Source of the DNA: Planctomycetota bacterium
GTDB taxonomy: Bacteria; Planctomycetota; Phycisphaerae; Phycisphaerales; Phycisphaeraceae
Length of the DNA stretch: 64,000 nucleotides
Assembly (NCBI GenBank): GCA_039025855.1
Contig: JBCCNL010000001.1
Span: forward strand, 106,988-170,987
Direction of reading: 5' to 3'
Shown here: positions 50,377 through 61,432 of the stretch, in pieces
Layout of the letters: each line of letters starts with the position of its first letter
How positions within the stretch are numbered: position 1 is the stretch's first letter
Program-made: the position numbers and the translations under genes
Notes under the pieces: generated by a model
Databases searched by the model: none
Told to the model about the DNA's origin: nothing
What the model saw: the letters and a program-made list of their open reading frames with translations, nothing else

Positions 50377-52053
50377 ATGAAGACCCCCACGCCGCTGCTT
50401 CTGATCCTGCTCCTGGCAATGACCAGCCTCGCCTGCACCGGCCCCAGCCCCACCGCCAAGGCCGACGGCCACAACCCGCCCGCACCCCCCAACATCATCT
50501 TCATCATCACCGATGACCAGGAGCGCCGAGAGCTCGGCTTCCTCGAAAACCAATCCCACACCCCCCACCTCGACGCCCTCGCCGCAGGCGGCACCTACTT
50601 CAGCAACTGCTACGTCAACTCCAGCGTCTGCACCCCCAGCCGCTACGGCGTCATGACCGGCCAATACGCCAGCCGAAGCGAAACCGACTTCTTCAAGCGG
50701 CACACCAGCGCAGAGGGCGTCACCCAGGTCGTCTGGAACCCCGGCCTCATGCCCGACCAGCCCACCCTCCCCTCGGTCCTCAAAGAAGCCGGCTACGCCA
50801 CCGGCTTCGTCGGCAAGTGGCACATCGGCAGCCTCAAACGCGCCCCGGGCCCCAAGCTCGAGCAAGGCGCCGACCCCGCCGACCAGGCCACCATCGCCCG
50901 CCTCAAAGCCAACCAAGCCTCCTTCGCCGAAGACCTCCGCACCAAAGGCTTCGACTTCGCCGACGCCATCTACTCCGGCAACCCCGACGACGACCAGGAA
51001 CTCAAACGCGTCGGCCTCAACGTCCACCACCAGGAGTGGGTCACCCGCGGCGGCCTCAATTTCATCGATCAGTCCGTCGCCCAGGACAAGCCCTTTTTCC
51101 TCTACTTCTCGACCACGCTCACCCACGTCCCCAAGCCGCTCGAATCCCTCAAGCTCGACCCCCGCGTCTCACCCATCGGCATGCTCGACGCACCCATCGA
51201 AGGCGTCCAACCCTCCCGCGCCGACGTCATCGCCCGCGGCCAACAACTCGGCATCCCCGAAGAACTCTGGGGCTCGATGTGGCTTGACGACGGTATCGGC
51301 GCCCTCACCGCCAAGCTCCGCGAACATGGCATCGAAGACAACACCCTCATCGTCTACTTCGTCGATCACGGCATGGAGTTCCGCAGCAAAGGCACCTCCT
51401 ATCAAGGCGGCCTCATCTCCCCAACCCTCTTCTTCTGGCCCGGCCAAGTCCCCGCGGGCAAGACCCAGGACGCCCTGATCCAGAACATCGACTTCGCCCC
51501 CACCTTCCTCGAACTCGCCGGTGCCACCCCGCCCGCAAGCATGGTGATCGACGGTAAGTCGCTCGTCGAACTCATCCGCGGCAGCGACGCCCCCGTCCGC
51601 AAGTCCGTCTTCAGCGAGCTCGGCCTCACCCGCACCGTCGTCACCGCCGACGGCTGGAAGTACCTCGCCTTCCACGTCCCGCCCAGCCTCCAACGCACGA
51701 CCGAAGAGCGTCTGGCCGACCACAAAAAGCGCCTCAGTGAGATCCACACCAAACACCCGTGGACCCGCAACAACCCGCACTACGCGCTCGACCCCGAAGC
51801 CAAGTACTTCCAGCTCGGCATGGCCGCCGGCGGCAACGTCTTCGAGCGCAACCAGCTCGCCGGCAATGTGCCTTTCCGAGCCCACTACTTCGACGCGCAT
51901 CAGCTCTTCAACCTCAACGCCGACCCGGACGAGACGACCAACCTCGCGGACGACCCGAAATACGCCGACAAGCTCGCCGAGATGCAGGCCGAGCTCACGG
52001 TCTACCTCGACAGCCTCCCCGGCACGTACGGCGACCTCAAGCCCAGCGAGTAA
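50377..52053 (+). CDS. Secreted sulfatase (formylglycine-dependent, S1 family)
   Basis: Signal/lipoprotein-like MKTPTPLLLILLLAMTSLACTG. NIIFIITDDQ. Active-site motif SSVCTPSRYGVMTG (CxPxR). The track ORF starts at 50188; I prefer the ATG at 50377. Confidence 0.85.
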   Translation: MKTPTPLLLILLLAMTSLACTGPSPTAKADGHNPPAPPNIIFIITDDQERRELGFLENQSHTPHLDALAAGGTYFSNCYVNSSVCTPSRYGVMTGQYASRSETDFFKRHTSAEGVTQVVWNPGLMPDQPTLPSVLKEAGYATGFVGKWHIGSLKRAPGPKLEQGADPADQATIARLKANQASFAEDLRTKGFDFADAIYSGNPDDDQELKRVGLNVHHQEWVTRGGLNFIDQSVAQDKPFFLYFSTTLTHVPKPLESLKLDPRVSPIGMLDAPIEGVQPSRADVIARGQQLGIPEELWGSMWLDDGIGALTAKLREHGIEDNTLIVYFVDHGMEFRSKGTSYQGGLISPTLFFWPGQVPAGKTQDALIQNIDFAPTFLELAGATPPASMVIDGKSLVELIRGSDAPVRKSVFSELGLTRTVVTADGWKYLAFHVPPSLQRTTEERLADHKKRLSEIHTKHPWTRNNPHYALDPEAKYFQLGMAAGGNVFERNQLAGNVPFRAHYFDAHQLFNLNADPDETTNLADDPKYADKLAEMQAELTVYLDSLPGTYGDLKPSE

Positions 52054-52068
52054 TCACCGAGACCTCTC

Positions 52069-52986
52069 ATGCCCATCGCCTCACGCCCTGTCACCCAAGC
52101 GGTCTGCATTTTCATTATGGCTCTAACCTCTTCCTTCACGTCCGGCTGCGCCGGCGACGGCTCGCCCACCACGGGCCCGTTCCTCTTGCCCGGAACCGAC
52201 ACCGACGCCGAGGCCCTGCGCTGGTCCCCGGTTGACAACATGTCCGACGAGTTCGACGGCAACACCGTCGACGCCACCAAGTGGCAGACCGAGCCCTTCG
52301 AGAACGGCTGGGTCTGGATCGGCCGACCTCCCGGGCTGTTCAAATCCGAAAACATCAGCGTCGCCGACGGCTCACTCAACGTCACCGTCAGCGGCCTGCC
52401 GGAAACGTTCGAGAAGAACGGCCGGACCTACGACTACCAGGGCGGCATCGTCCGCTCCCTCCACGCCGGACAGCCCGGCTGGTACTACGAGACCCGCATG
52501 AAGGCCAACGCGACCGTCATGTCCTCCACCTTCTGGCTCATGACCTCGAACCGATCGGCCAGCAAGAAGAAGCTCGAGCTCGACATCCAGGAGTGCGTCG
52601 GGCTCACCACCGACCTCACCTTCGACTGGGCCCGCACCTGGGACCAGATCTACCACTCCAACATGATCCACCGCGTCAACCAGTACAACCCAGAGCCGGT
52701 GCAGCACCAGAAATCCGTCCCCACGGAGACCAAGAACCACGAGCGCTACTACGTCTACGCCGCCTGGTGGAAGTCACCCGAAGAAGTCCGGTTCTACCTC
52801 GACGGGGCCTACGTCTACTCCATCACCCCACCGATCACCTGGGACGTCCCCGCCTTCCTCCAGATGGCCATCGAGACCTACGACTGGAACCCCGTCCCCG
52901 AGGACGGCGGGCTGATCACCACCGGCACGCTCGACCAACGCACCACCCGCTACGACTGGGTTCGCGTCTGGAAACCCGAACAGTAG
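52069..52986 (+). CDS. Glycoside hydrolase family 16 (agarase/porphyranase/carrageenase-type)
   Basis: GH16 catalytic motif ExDxxE present as KKLELDIQECVG. Lipoprotein-like signal ...IMALTSSFTSGC. Beta-jelly-roll pattern WVWIGRPPGLFKSENISVADGSLNVTV. Confidence 0.75.
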   Translation: MPIASRPVTQAVCIFIMALTSSFTSGCAGDGSPTTGPFLLPGTDTDAEALRWSPVDNMSDEFDGNTVDATKWQTEPFENGWVWIGRPPGLFKSENISVADGSLNVTVSGLPETFEKNGRTYDYQGGIVRSLHAGQPGWYYETRMKANATVMSSTFWLMTSNRSASKKKLELDIQECVGLTTDLTFDWARTWDQIYHSNMIHRVNQYNPEPVQHQKSVPTETKNHERYYVYAAWWKSPEEVRFYLDGAYVYSITPPITWDVPAFLQMAIETYDWNPVPEDGGLITTGTLDQRTTRYDWVRVWKPEQ

Positions 52987-53108
52987 ACACAGCCCGATCA
53001 CCCGCCCGACGCCGGCGGTCAACAGCGAGCCGGGGCGTGTCGCCCCGGTCCAACCAACCCGCCGCTCCCGCCCCCCACCACCCCCCACCGCCCCCACCGA
53101 GCCACCCG

Positions 53109-54500
53109 ATGCCTCAATCGACCGCCGACCGACCGGCGTCCGCCGCTACCGCCCCATTCAAAGAACACTGGACCTCGCTCCGCCAACACCGCACCCCCGA
53201 CTGGCTCGCCGACGCCAAGTTCGGCATCTACTGCCACTGGGGCATCAATACCATCTGGTACCAGCCCGAATACGCCGACCTCTCCGCCGAAGAGGCCGTT
53301 GACAAGTGGACCGCCGACGCGTTCGACCCCGACGGCTGGGCCGAACTCTTCCAACGAGCCGGCGCCCGCTTCGGCGGCCCGATCGCCCTGCACTCCGAAC
53401 CCTTCCCCTACTGGGACAGCGCCCTCACCGACTTTAACTGCGTCAAGCGCAACCCCCACACCGACATCCTCGGCCGGGTCAGCGACGCCCTCAAACGCCG
53501 TGGCCTCAAGGTCATGACCAGCTTCCACCAGTGCAACGACACCACCTGCTTCGCCCGTGCCCGGGAAGTCATCGACAAATACCTGCCCGACCTGCTCTGG
53601 TTCGACGCGAGCTTCGGCGGCACCAAGGCCGCCCACCATCAGAAGATCCTCAAGCACTCCCGCTTCCTCGGCACAACCGACCAAACGCAAGACGAACCCG
53701 ACCTCGGCGGCGGCGACCCTCAAGCCCACATCGAGCAGGTCTCCGACCGTGAACAACGCAAGCTCCTCGCCTACTACTACAACCGCGCCGCAGAGGCCGG
53801 CCGCGACGTCGAGGTCGTCTACAAGTCCCACGACCTCCCGCCCGGCGTCGCCATGCGCGACCTCGAAAACGGGCTCATGCCCGATACCGCTTACGACGTC
53901 TGGATGAGCGACATCGACATCACCGTCGTCCCCGACTGGAAGACGCACGGCTGGTTCTACCGCGAAGGCATCCCCTTCCGCTCGGCCGGCAACATCGTCC
54001 ACCTCCTCGCCGACATCACCAGCAAGAACGGCATCCTCCTGCTCAACGTCCCCCCCAAAGCCGACGGCTCCTTCACCGACGAGACCCACCGCACCCTCGG
54101 CCAAGTCGGCGACTGGCTCCAGACCCACGGCGAAGCCATCTACAGCACCGCCCCGTGGTGCTACAGCGGCGAAGGCCCCACCGAGATCGGCACCTGGACC
54201 GACGTCCTCCACCACAACGACCACTTCGGCAAGATCCGGTTCACCCCCGAAGACATCCGCTTCACTACCCGCGACGACAAGCTCTATGCCATCTGCCTCG
54301 GGCCCATCGCCAACCAAGTCCACATCCGCGCCTTCTCAACGGACCACCGCCTCATGGCCGGCCAGGCCAAGCACGTCGAACTGGTCGGCTCCGACGCCCC
54401 CCTCGACTGGCAGCACACACCCCACGGCATGACCATCACCCTCCCCGACAGCGTCACCCCCGACCCGCTCGCCAGCGTCTTCCGCGTCACCGTCGACTAA
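53109..54500 (+). CDS. Alpha-L-fucosidase (GH29-like)
   Basis: WLADAKFGIYCHWGINT (FG-I-x-HWG hallmark), ...PDLLWFD... The track ORF 52281..54500 is over-extended; I prefer the ATG at 53109. Confidence 0.7.
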   Translation: MPQSTADRPASAATAPFKEHWTSLRQHRTPDWLADAKFGIYCHWGINTIWYQPEYADLSAEEAVDKWTADAFDPDGWAELFQRAGARFGGPIALHSEPFPYWDSALTDFNCVKRNPHTDILGRVSDALKRRGLKVMTSFHQCNDTTCFARAREVIDKYLPDLLWFDASFGGTKAAHHQKILKHSRFLGTTDQTQDEPDLGGGDPQAHIEQVSDREQRKLLAYYYNRAAEAGRDVEVVYKSHDLPPGVAMRDLENGLMPDTAYDVWMSDIDITVVPDWKTHGWFYREGIPFRSAGNIVHLLADITSKNGILLLNVPPKADGSFTDETHRTLGQVGDWLQTHGEAIYSTAPWCYSGEGPTEIGTWTDVLHHNDHFGKIRFTPEDIRFTTRDDKLYAICLGPIANQVHIRAFSTDHRLMAGQAKHVELVGSDAPLDWQHTPHGMTITLPDSVTPDPLASVFRVTVD

Positions 54501-54535
54501 ACCACCCCACCCAGCACCGAACCAGGAACCGCGCC

Positions 54536-54904
54536 ATGAGCCAGCACGTCGTCATGTACAACGAACCCCACGGTGCAACCCTCGCCACGCAGCCCGCACC
54601 CATCGCCGAGGGCGTCGACTACGCCGGCTGGTCCATCATGACCACCGAGTCAGCGGGCGTCTCCGTGATCGTGCTCAAGGGCGAACCCGATGCCGTCGAG
54701 TTCCCGATGCACGCGGTCCCCGACGCCTACTTCGGCTACGTCGTTGCCGGGCAGGTCATCATCCACGCCGGCAACGCCGACGGCGAAAAGCTCGACGAAA
54801 CCACCCTCACCGCCGGCGACCTGCTCACCCTCGAACCCGACACGCAGCACGCCTGGGTTAACACCGGCGGCCCCGCCGAGATCATCTTCACCAAACCGGC
54901 CTAA
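54536..54904 (+). CDS. Cupin-domain protein
   Basis: 122 aa with a two-motif cupin-like pattern (PMHAVPDAYFGYVVAGQVIIH...GDLLTLEPDTQHAW). I prefer the ATG at 54536. Confidence 0.55.
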   Translation: MSQHVVMYNEPHGATLATQPAPIAEGVDYAGWSIMTTESAGVSVIVLKGEPDAVEFPMHAVPDAYFGYVVAGQVIIHAGNADGEKLDETTLTAGDLLTLEPDTQHAWVNTGGPAEIIFTKPA

Positions 54905-54919
54905 GCCAATCGGCCACCG

Positions 54920-57418
54920 TCACAGCGCGTTGTCGATCTCGGTCTCGACCTTCTCTTGCTCCGTCGCCTCGTCCAGCGACGCGATCCACGGCAACGGCTC
55001 GCACGCCGCCGCCCGCAGACTCAGCGTCGCGTCACGCATCCCCTCCGCACGCGCCCGCAGCACGACCTCGCCCGGCTCACGCGTCGCCTGCACCAACACC
55101 TGCGCCAGCCCGTTGAACAACCGCCGGTGGTCCGCCTTGTCCGGCTCATGGCTCGCCGGGTCGCCATTACCCACGCCCAACAACACCGCCGGCCCCGTGA
55201 CCTCGAAGTGGATCATGTCGTCCGCGACCGGCACCGGGTTGCCGTCCGCGTCCTCCGCCGACACCGTCACGACCGCCACGTCTCGGCCGTCTGCATCGAT
55301 GTGCGTTCGCTCACAACTCAGCGTCACTGCCGCAGGCGCACCCGCTGTCACATGCCGCTGCCGCAACACCTCTTTGCCGTCCGCGCTGTACCCCACCGCC
55401 TCGATCACCCCCGGCTCGAACGGCACCGCCCACTCCACATGCCGATACGTCGGCATCGCCTGACGCCCCAGCGATCTCCCGTTCAACGACAACTCCACCT
55501 CGGCACAGGCCGCATAGCACCACACATCGATCACCTCGCCATCGTGCCCGCTCCACGACCAGTGCGGGAACAGGTGCATGCCCGGCTCCTCGTTCCAGTG
55601 CACACGGTAGTAGTGATACGCGTCCTTCCCAAACCCGCACAGGTCCGTCAACCCGTAACACGTCACCACGTTCGGCCAATCCGCCGGATAGATCTCACCC
55701 CGGTAGTCCATCCCCGTCCACAAGAACGTCCCGCACATAAACGGCCGCTCCAAACAATCAATCCAAGTCTGCTCGACCGAGTAGCCCCACGGCGTACACG
55801 TCTCCCCATACGCACTCACAAACGTCTCACGCTTCGGCTCACGCATCCACGGCTTCAGATGCGTCTCGCCCGGGCTCAACGGCGCCGAGTCCTGATGCGG
55901 CAGATACAAGCCACGCGTCGACGCACTCCCCCCCGTCTCGCTCCCGAGCATCGGCCAGTCCGGGAACCGCTCGTGGAAGGCGTCGTACATCCGCCCGTCC
56001 ACCTCGTAGCCCTTGTAACAAACATAATTCCCGCCGAACACATCGAAGCGGAAGCCCTGCTCGTCATGGAACACGCTGACCCGGTCCCACCCCGCGTTCA
56101 TCGCGTACGTCACCTTCCGCGTCGGGTCGAGCTGGTGACAGCGGTGCTGCATCCGACGGAACACCCGGATGCCCACCGCGAACGGCTGCAGCTTCGCCTC
56201 CTCGTTCCCCACCGACCAAAGAAACACACACGCATGATTCCGGTCCCGAAGGATCAGGTCTTCCAACTGCCCCAGCGCCTCTTCCGACGTCCCCGGCATC
56301 CGCACCTCGTCCATCACCAGCACGCCCAGCTCGTCACACAACTCCAGCAGCTGCGGCGACGGCGGGTTGTGGCTCGTCCGGATCGCGTTGACCCCCATCG
56401 CCTTCATCACGTCCACGCGGTAACGCTCCACCGCCTCGGGGATCGCGACCCCCACCCCCGCGTGGTCCTGATGCTGGCACACACCCTTGAGCTTCACCGA
56501 TTCGCCGTTGAGATAGAACCCCGTGTCCGCATCGAAACGGAAGCTCCGCACGCCAAACGGCGTCTCCGTCTGATCGACCACCTCGCCGGCCCGGAGCACC
56601 GTCGTCCGCAGCGTGTACCGGTGCGGGTCATCGCACGACCACAGCCGCGGCTTGTCAAGCCGGCCCGTCAGCGTGCTCACCGCTTCGCCAAACGCGTCAA
56701 CCTCAAGCCCGCCTTCCAACGACAACACCACCGCGTCGCCGTTCAGCACCTCAGCCCGCACGGTGCAACGCACCGCGTCGAACGCGTCGTTCTTCACCGT
56801 CGTATCCACCACCACCCCGGCCGACGTGTGATCGTCCGAAAGCTCGGCCCGCACGAACGTGCCCCAGTGCCCGACGTGCACCGGGTCGGTCTTCACCAGC
56901 CGGACATCGCGGTAGATGCCGCCGCCCTCATAGCTCCAGAGCTCGAACAGCGTCGCGTCGGCCCGCACCGCGATCGAGTTCGCCTCGCCGTAGTTCAGCA
57001 GGTCGGTGATGTCGTAGGCGAACCCGGTGTAGCCCGAGAGATGACGACCCGCGAAGTGGCCGTTGACCCAGACCTGGCTGTCGCGGAACACGCCATCGAA
57101 CTCGAGCGACAGCCGCTTGCCCTCGTCCTCGGCCGGCACATGGAACGTCTTGCGGTACCAGCCCACACCGGTCGGCAGCGACCCATGGATGCGGTTGTGT
57201 TCCTCCCGGTAGTCGCCGGTCTCGTGGATGAAGTCGTGCGGCAGGTCGACGCGACGCCAGTCTTCATCCGGATACCCCACCATCGCAGCGCCGTTGTTCC
57301 CCGCCTTGATCCATTCGGTGACGTCGAACCGGCCGCCGTGCACCGCGTTGAAGTTCCGCTCGGCCAGGTCGCCGAAGTGGAACCGCCAGCCGTCGTTCAT
57401 CAAAAAAGTCTCACGCAT
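54920..57418 (-). CDS. Glycoside hydrolase family 2 (beta-galactosidase-like)
   Basis: MNDGWRFHFGD..., sugar-binding GWYRKTFHVPAEDEGKRLSLEFDGVFRDSQVWVNGHFAG, and acid/base region ACVFLWSVGNEE. Confidence 0.85.
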   Translation of the reverse strand: MRETFLMNDGWRFHFGDLAERNFNAVHGGRFDVTEWIKAGNNGAAMVGYPDEDWRRVDLPHDFIHETGDYREEHNRIHGSLPTGVGWYRKTFHVPAEDEGKRLSLEFDGVFRDSQVWVNGHFAGRHLSGYTGFAYDITDLLNYGEANSIAVRADATLFELWSYEGGGIYRDVRLVKTDPVHVGHWGTFVRAELSDDHTSAGVVVDTTVKNDAFDAVRCTVRAEVLNGDAVVLSLEGGLEVDAFGEAVSTLTGRLDKPRLWSCDDPHRYTLRTTVLRAGEVVDQTETPFGVRSFRFDADTGFYLNGESVKLKGVCQHQDHAGVGVAIPEAVERYRVDVMKAMGVNAIRTSHNPPSPQLLELCDELGVLVMDEVRMPGTSEEALGQLEDLILRDRNHACVFLWSVGNEEAKLQPFAVGIRVFRRMQHRCHQLDPTRKVTYAMNAGWDRVSVFHDEQGFRFDVFGGNYVCYKGYEVDGRMYDAFHERFPDWPMLGSETGGSASTRGLYLPHQDSAPLSPGETHLKPWMREPKRETFVSAYGETCTPWGYSVEQTWIDCLERPFMCGTFLWTGMDYRGEIYPADWPNVVTCYGLTDLCGFGKDAYHYYRVHWNEEPGMHLFPHWSWSGHDGEVIDVWCYAACAEVELSLNGRSLGRQAMPTYRHVEWAVPFEPGVIEAVGYSADGKEVLRQRHVTAGAPAAVTLSCERTHIDADGRDVAVVTVSAEDADGNPVPVADDMIHFEVTGPAVLLGVGNGDPASHEPDKADHRRLFNGLAQVLVQATREPGEVVLRARAEGMRDATLSLRAAACEPLPWIASLDEATEQEKVETEIDNAL

Positions 57419-57560
57419 CGTTTCTCTCGCAGGCTCGGTCGCTCGGGCACGACATCTCGAAGACGGGCATTGTAAATTGTTGGCTTTTCGGCGGCGTCAA
57501 CCCCCACACGTCTCCCACTACCCCTTACCAACCCCCACCACCTCCCCGAGACTTGCAACC

Positions 57561-59096
57561 ATGCGGATCATCTACCTCGACCTCGACGCCCTCAACCCCG
57601 ACCACCTGTCCTGCTACGGCTACGCCCGCCAAACCTCGCCCATGATCGACCAGATCGCCGCTGAGGGCCTCCGCTGCACCAACACCTACTGCTCCGACGC
57701 CCCCTGCCTCCCCTCACGCACCGCCTTCTACCAAGGCCGGTTCGGCATCCAGACCGGCGTCGTCGGGCACGGGGGCACCGCCGCCGACCCCAAACGCGAG
57801 GGCTACCGCCGCGGCTTCCGCTCCTGCTATGAAGAACAGTCACTGGCCCGCAAGCTCCAGCTCGCCGGCTACCACACCGCGATGATCTCGCCCTTCGGCC
57901 AACGCCACGCCGCCCACCACTTCTACGCCGGCTTCAACGAGATGTACAACACCGGCGACGGCGGCATGGAGTCCGCCGAGGTCGTCACGCCGGTCATCGA
58001 CAAGTGGCTCGGCGACAACGCCGAGCGCGACGACTGGTACCTCCACATCAATTTCTGGGACATCCACACGCCCTACCGCGTCCCCGCCTCATTCGGCGAC
58101 CCGTTCGCCGACACCGAGCTGCCCCTGCAGATGTCTGACGAACAGCTCGCCGACGACGTCGCCCGCTGCGGCCCGCACTCCGCCCAGGAGCTCGTCACCT
58201 ACAGCGTCAACAACACCGACCGGTTCCCCCGCCTCCCCGAGAGCATCACCGACCGCGCCTCCCTCAAGAAGTGGTTCGACGCCTACGACACCACCATCCT
58301 CTACACCGACCAAGCGATCGCCCGCATCGTCGATCAGCTCAAAGCCGCCGGCGTCTACGACGACACCGCGATCATCATCTCGGCCGACCACGGCGAAAAC
58401 CAAGCCCACCTCGGGATCTACGGCGAGCACGGCACCGCCGATCACGGCACCTGCCACATCCCCTTCATCGTCAAGTGGCCTGGCACCCCCGCCGGCCAGG
58501 TCGACGACGGCCTCCACTACAACGTCGACTGGGCGCCCACCCTCATGGACATGATCGGCAAGCCCGAGCTCACCCCCGACCTCTGGGACGGCAAGAGCTT
58601 CGCCGAAACTCTCACCTCCGGTACCCCCGCCGGGCAGGACGAGCTCATCGTCAGCCAGTGCGCCCACATCTGCCAACGCTCGGTCCGCTTCGACGAGGGC
58701 GACCACCGCTGGATCTACATCCGCACCTACCACGACGGGTTCCAGCCGTTCCCCGACCACATGCTCTTCGACCTCGCAACCGACCCGTACGAACGCCACA
58801 ACCTCGCCGAAGCCCACCCCGACGTCGTGCTCCGCGCCGCGTTCAAGCTAACCGAGTGGCACAACAACCAGATGTACAAGATGGCCAAGTACTGCAGCGA
58901 CGTGGTCGACCCGCTGTGGACCGTGATGTCCGAGGGGGGGCCGCAGCACGCCGGGCTGATGCCGTACCGGCAGCCGGGTGAGGCCGGTTTCCAGCAGTAC
59001 CTGAAACAGCTCGAAGACAGCGGCCGCAGCGAAGGCGCCGCCGCCCTGCGGGAGCAGTACGCCGACGGGCACCTCACCCGCAACCGCCGGGCGTGA
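57561..59096 (+). CDS. Sulfatase (S1 family), apparently without signal peptide
   Basis: MRIIYLDLDAL..., active-site context YCSDAPCLPSRTAFYQG (CxPxR), ...IIISADHGE... I prefer the ATG at 57561. Confidence 0.8.
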   Translation: MRIIYLDLDALNPDHLSCYGYARQTSPMIDQIAAEGLRCTNTYCSDAPCLPSRTAFYQGRFGIQTGVVGHGGTAADPKREGYRRGFRSCYEEQSLARKLQLAGYHTAMISPFGQRHAAHHFYAGFNEMYNTGDGGMESAEVVTPVIDKWLGDNAERDDWYLHINFWDIHTPYRVPASFGDPFADTELPLQMSDEQLADDVARCGPHSAQELVTYSVNNTDRFPRLPESITDRASLKKWFDAYDTTILYTDQAIARIVDQLKAAGVYDDTAIIISADHGENQAHLGIYGEHGTADHGTCHIPFIVKWPGTPAGQVDDGLHYNVDWAPTLMDMIGKPELTPDLWDGKSFAETLTSGTPAGQDELIVSQCAHICQRSVRFDEGDHRWIYIRTYHDGFQPFPDHMLFDLATDPYERHNLAEAHPDVVLRAAFKLTEWHNNQMYKMAKYCSDVVDPLWTVMSEGGPQHAGLMPYRQPGEAGFQQYLKQLEDSGRSEGAAALREQYADGHLTRNRRA

Positions 59097-59112
59097 GACC
59101 GATACGTTTCCC

Positions 59113-60585
59113 TCAGCCGTGGCTGAGATAAACCGTGCGTTTCTGCAGGTAGCCCTCGATGCCGTGCACGCCGTCCTCGCCGCCGAGGCCGCTGTGCTTG
59201 TGCCCGGTGTGGTAGCCCTGGATGTAGCCGCAGATGCCCTTGTTGACAAAGACGGTGCCGGTCTGCAGGTGCTTGGTCGCGTGCATGATCGTCTTGAAGT
59301 TCTGCGTCCACAGGTAGGCCGAGAGGCCCTCGCTGCGGGAGTTGACCATGTCGAGGGCTTCTTCGTAGCCGGAGATCTTCACGATCGGCAGCACGGGGCC
59401 GAACAGCTCCTGCTCGACCGCGGCCATGTCACGCGTGACGTTGGTCAGCACCGTCGGCTCGTACCAGTTGCCGCCGGCAAACGCGTCGCCATCCGGCCGC
59501 TTGCCGCCCAGCGCCAACTCCGCACCCTGCCCGATCGTGTCCTTCACGATGCTGTCGAACCGCTCCAGTCCAACGGCTGTCGTGTACGGCCCCATCGTCG
59601 TGCCCGCCGCCCCCGGGTCGCCCACGGTGATCTGCTTCGTCCGGGCGATGAACTTCTCGGTGAACTCGTCGACGATGCCCTCGTGCACCAACGCCATCTC
59701 GTTGCAGATGCACACTTGCCCGCAGTTGGCGTAACGCGCGATCACCGCCGCCTCGACAACCTCGTCGACGTCCACATCATCGAGCACAATGAACGGGGCC
59801 TTGCCGCCCAGCTCCAGCGACATCTGCGTGATGTTCTTCGCCCCCGCCGCGTAGATCGCTCGGCCCGCGGGGATGCTCCCCGTCACCGTCACCAGCTGCG
59901 TGACCGGGCTCTCCACCAGCGTGCTCCCGACCTCGGCCACCGACCCGGTCACCATGTTGCACACGCCCGGCGGCAGCCCCGCCTCATCCACCAACCGGCA
60001 GAACTCGCTCGCCGTCACCGGCGTCACGTCGTGCGGCTTGAGGATCATCGTGTTGCCCGTCACCAGCGCCGGTCCGAGCTTGCGCCCGATCAGCGCCAAC
60101 GGGTAGTTGAACGCGCACAGCCCGATCGTCACGCCATACGGCACCTTCGTGATCCACAGCGACTCGTTGGCCATGTCCGACGGGAAGATCTGCCCCTCCA
60201 GCCGACGCGCCGCCTCGGCCGCGTAGCTCATGTACCGCATCGTGTCCGTCACCTCGCCCCGGGCCTCGGCGATCGGCTTGCCCTGCTCCTTCACCAACAG
60301 CTCGGCGAAGAACTCCTGCTCCGCCTCCAGCCGCTTGACAATCTTCATGATGTGGTCGGCCCGCTCCTGCGCCGGCAGCGCGGCCCACCCCGGCTGCGCC
60401 CGGCTCGAAGATTCGAGCGCCTGCTCCGCCTGGCTCTTGGAACAGGCCGGCACCGTGGCCCACACCTCGCCCGTCGCCGGGTTCTCGACCTCGATGTGCT
60501 GGCCGGAATCCGAATCGATCCATTGGCCATCGATGTAACAGCGGTAGGTACTCACAGCGGGCGAGATGGTGGTCGTTGTGGTCAT
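59113..60585 (-). CDS. NAD(P)-dependent aldehyde dehydrogenase
   Basis: [24 protein letters not shown] (catalytic Cys), EEALDMVN. I prefer the ATG at 60585 ([11 protein letters not shown]). Confidence 0.9.
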   Translation of the reverse strand: MTTTTTISPAVSTYRCYIDGQWIDSDSGQHIEVENPATGEVWATVPACSKSQAEQALESSSRAQPGWAALPAQERADHIMKIVKRLEAEQEFFAELLVKEQGKPIAEARGEVTDTMRYMSYAAEAARRLEGQIFPSDMANESLWITKVPYGVTIGLCAFNYPLALIGRKLGPALVTGNTMILKPHDVTPVTASEFCRLVDEAGLPPGVCNMVTGSVAEVGSTLVESPVTQLVTVTGSIPAGRAIYAAGAKNITQMSLELGGKAPFIVLDDVDVDEVVEAAVIARYANCGQVCICNEMALVHEGIVDEFTEKFIARTKQITVGDPGAAGTTMGPYTTAVGLERFDSIVKDTIGQGAELALGGKRPDGDAFAGGNWYEPTVLTNVTRDMAAVEQELFGPVLPIVKISGYEEALDMVNSRSEGLSAYLWTQNFKTIMHATKHLQTGTVFVNKGICGYIQGYHTGHKHSGLGGEDGVHGIEGYLQKRTVYLSHG

Positions 60586-60602
60586 AGCGAACCTTCTAGG
60601 GT

Positions 60603-61424
60603 CTAAGGGTTTTGGGGAGCGGTCGTCAGGTCGAGGGGGCGTTGGCCGGTGAACACCGGCGGTCGTTTTTCGGCAAACGCCTGCAGCCCCTCGGCGGCGT
60701 CCGCTGAATCGTAAAGCGCATCCACACACTCGGACTCGAGCGCGAGCGCATCATCGACAGAAAGGTCGGCCCCCCGATACAAACAACGCTTGATCGCCGC
60801 GATCGCCTCGGCCGGGCCGTGCACAAGAGCTTGGGCGTAATCGGTAGCCGATTGTTCCAGCTCACTCGGTGGCAGCAGCCGATCAAGCAGGCCAATGCGG
60901 TGAGCCTCAGCCGGACCGATCGACGCACCGGTGACCAACAGATCGAGCGCCCGGCTCATCCCCACCAGACGCGGCAACCGGACCGCCCCGCCGTTGCCGG
61001 GCATCAGGCCCAGACGCACCTCGGGCAGCCCGAGCTGGTACTCGCCCTTGGCCGCGAACCGCAGGTCGCAGCCCATCGCCAGTTCCAACCCACCGCCGAG
61101 CGCATGCCCGGCGATCACCGCGATGAAGACCTTGCCGGAGTCTTCTATCGCGGCCAGCACCGCCCGTGCATCCAAAACCAACGCACGGTTCGCATCGGTC
61201 GAGTTGCGGGCGAACGCCTTGACGTCCGCACCGCCGCTGAAGAACCGCGGCAGCGCACTGCGGATGAGCACTACGCGCACCGCCGGGTCGGCGTCGGCGG
61301 CCCTCACGGTTTCCAGCAACCGGGCCATGAACGCCGGGTCGTAGGCGTTGGCCTTCGGCCGATTCAGCGTGATCGTGCCGACGCCTTCCTTGGCTTCAAA
61401 ATGGACCTCCAAGCCGTCGCTCAT
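60603..61424 (-). CDS. Enoyl-CoA hydratase/isomerase (crotonase) family protein
   Basis: [44 protein letters not shown]. Confidence 0.85.
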   Translation of the reverse strand: MSDGLEVHFEAKEGVGTITLNRPKANAYDPAFMARLLETVRAADADPAVRVVLIRSALPRFFSGGADVKAFARNSTDANRALVLDARAVLAAIEDSGKVFIAVIAGHALGGGLELAMGCDLRFAAKGEYQLGLPEVRLGLMPGNGGAVRLPRLVGMSRALDLLVTGASIGPAEAHRIGLLDRLLPPSELEQSATDYAQALVHGPAEAIAAIKRCLYRGADLSVDDALALESECVDALYDSADAAEGLQAFAEKRPPVFTGQRPLDLTTAPQNP

Positions 61425-61432
61425 CTCACTCC

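Noticed and set aside
54956-60606. Plus-strand ORFs 54956..57475 (839 aa) and 59119..60606 (495 aa), opposite the GH2 and ALDH genes.
   Set aside because: The minus-strand products carry unambiguous GH2 and ALDH motifs. The plus-strand translations are R/H/P-rich and have no features.
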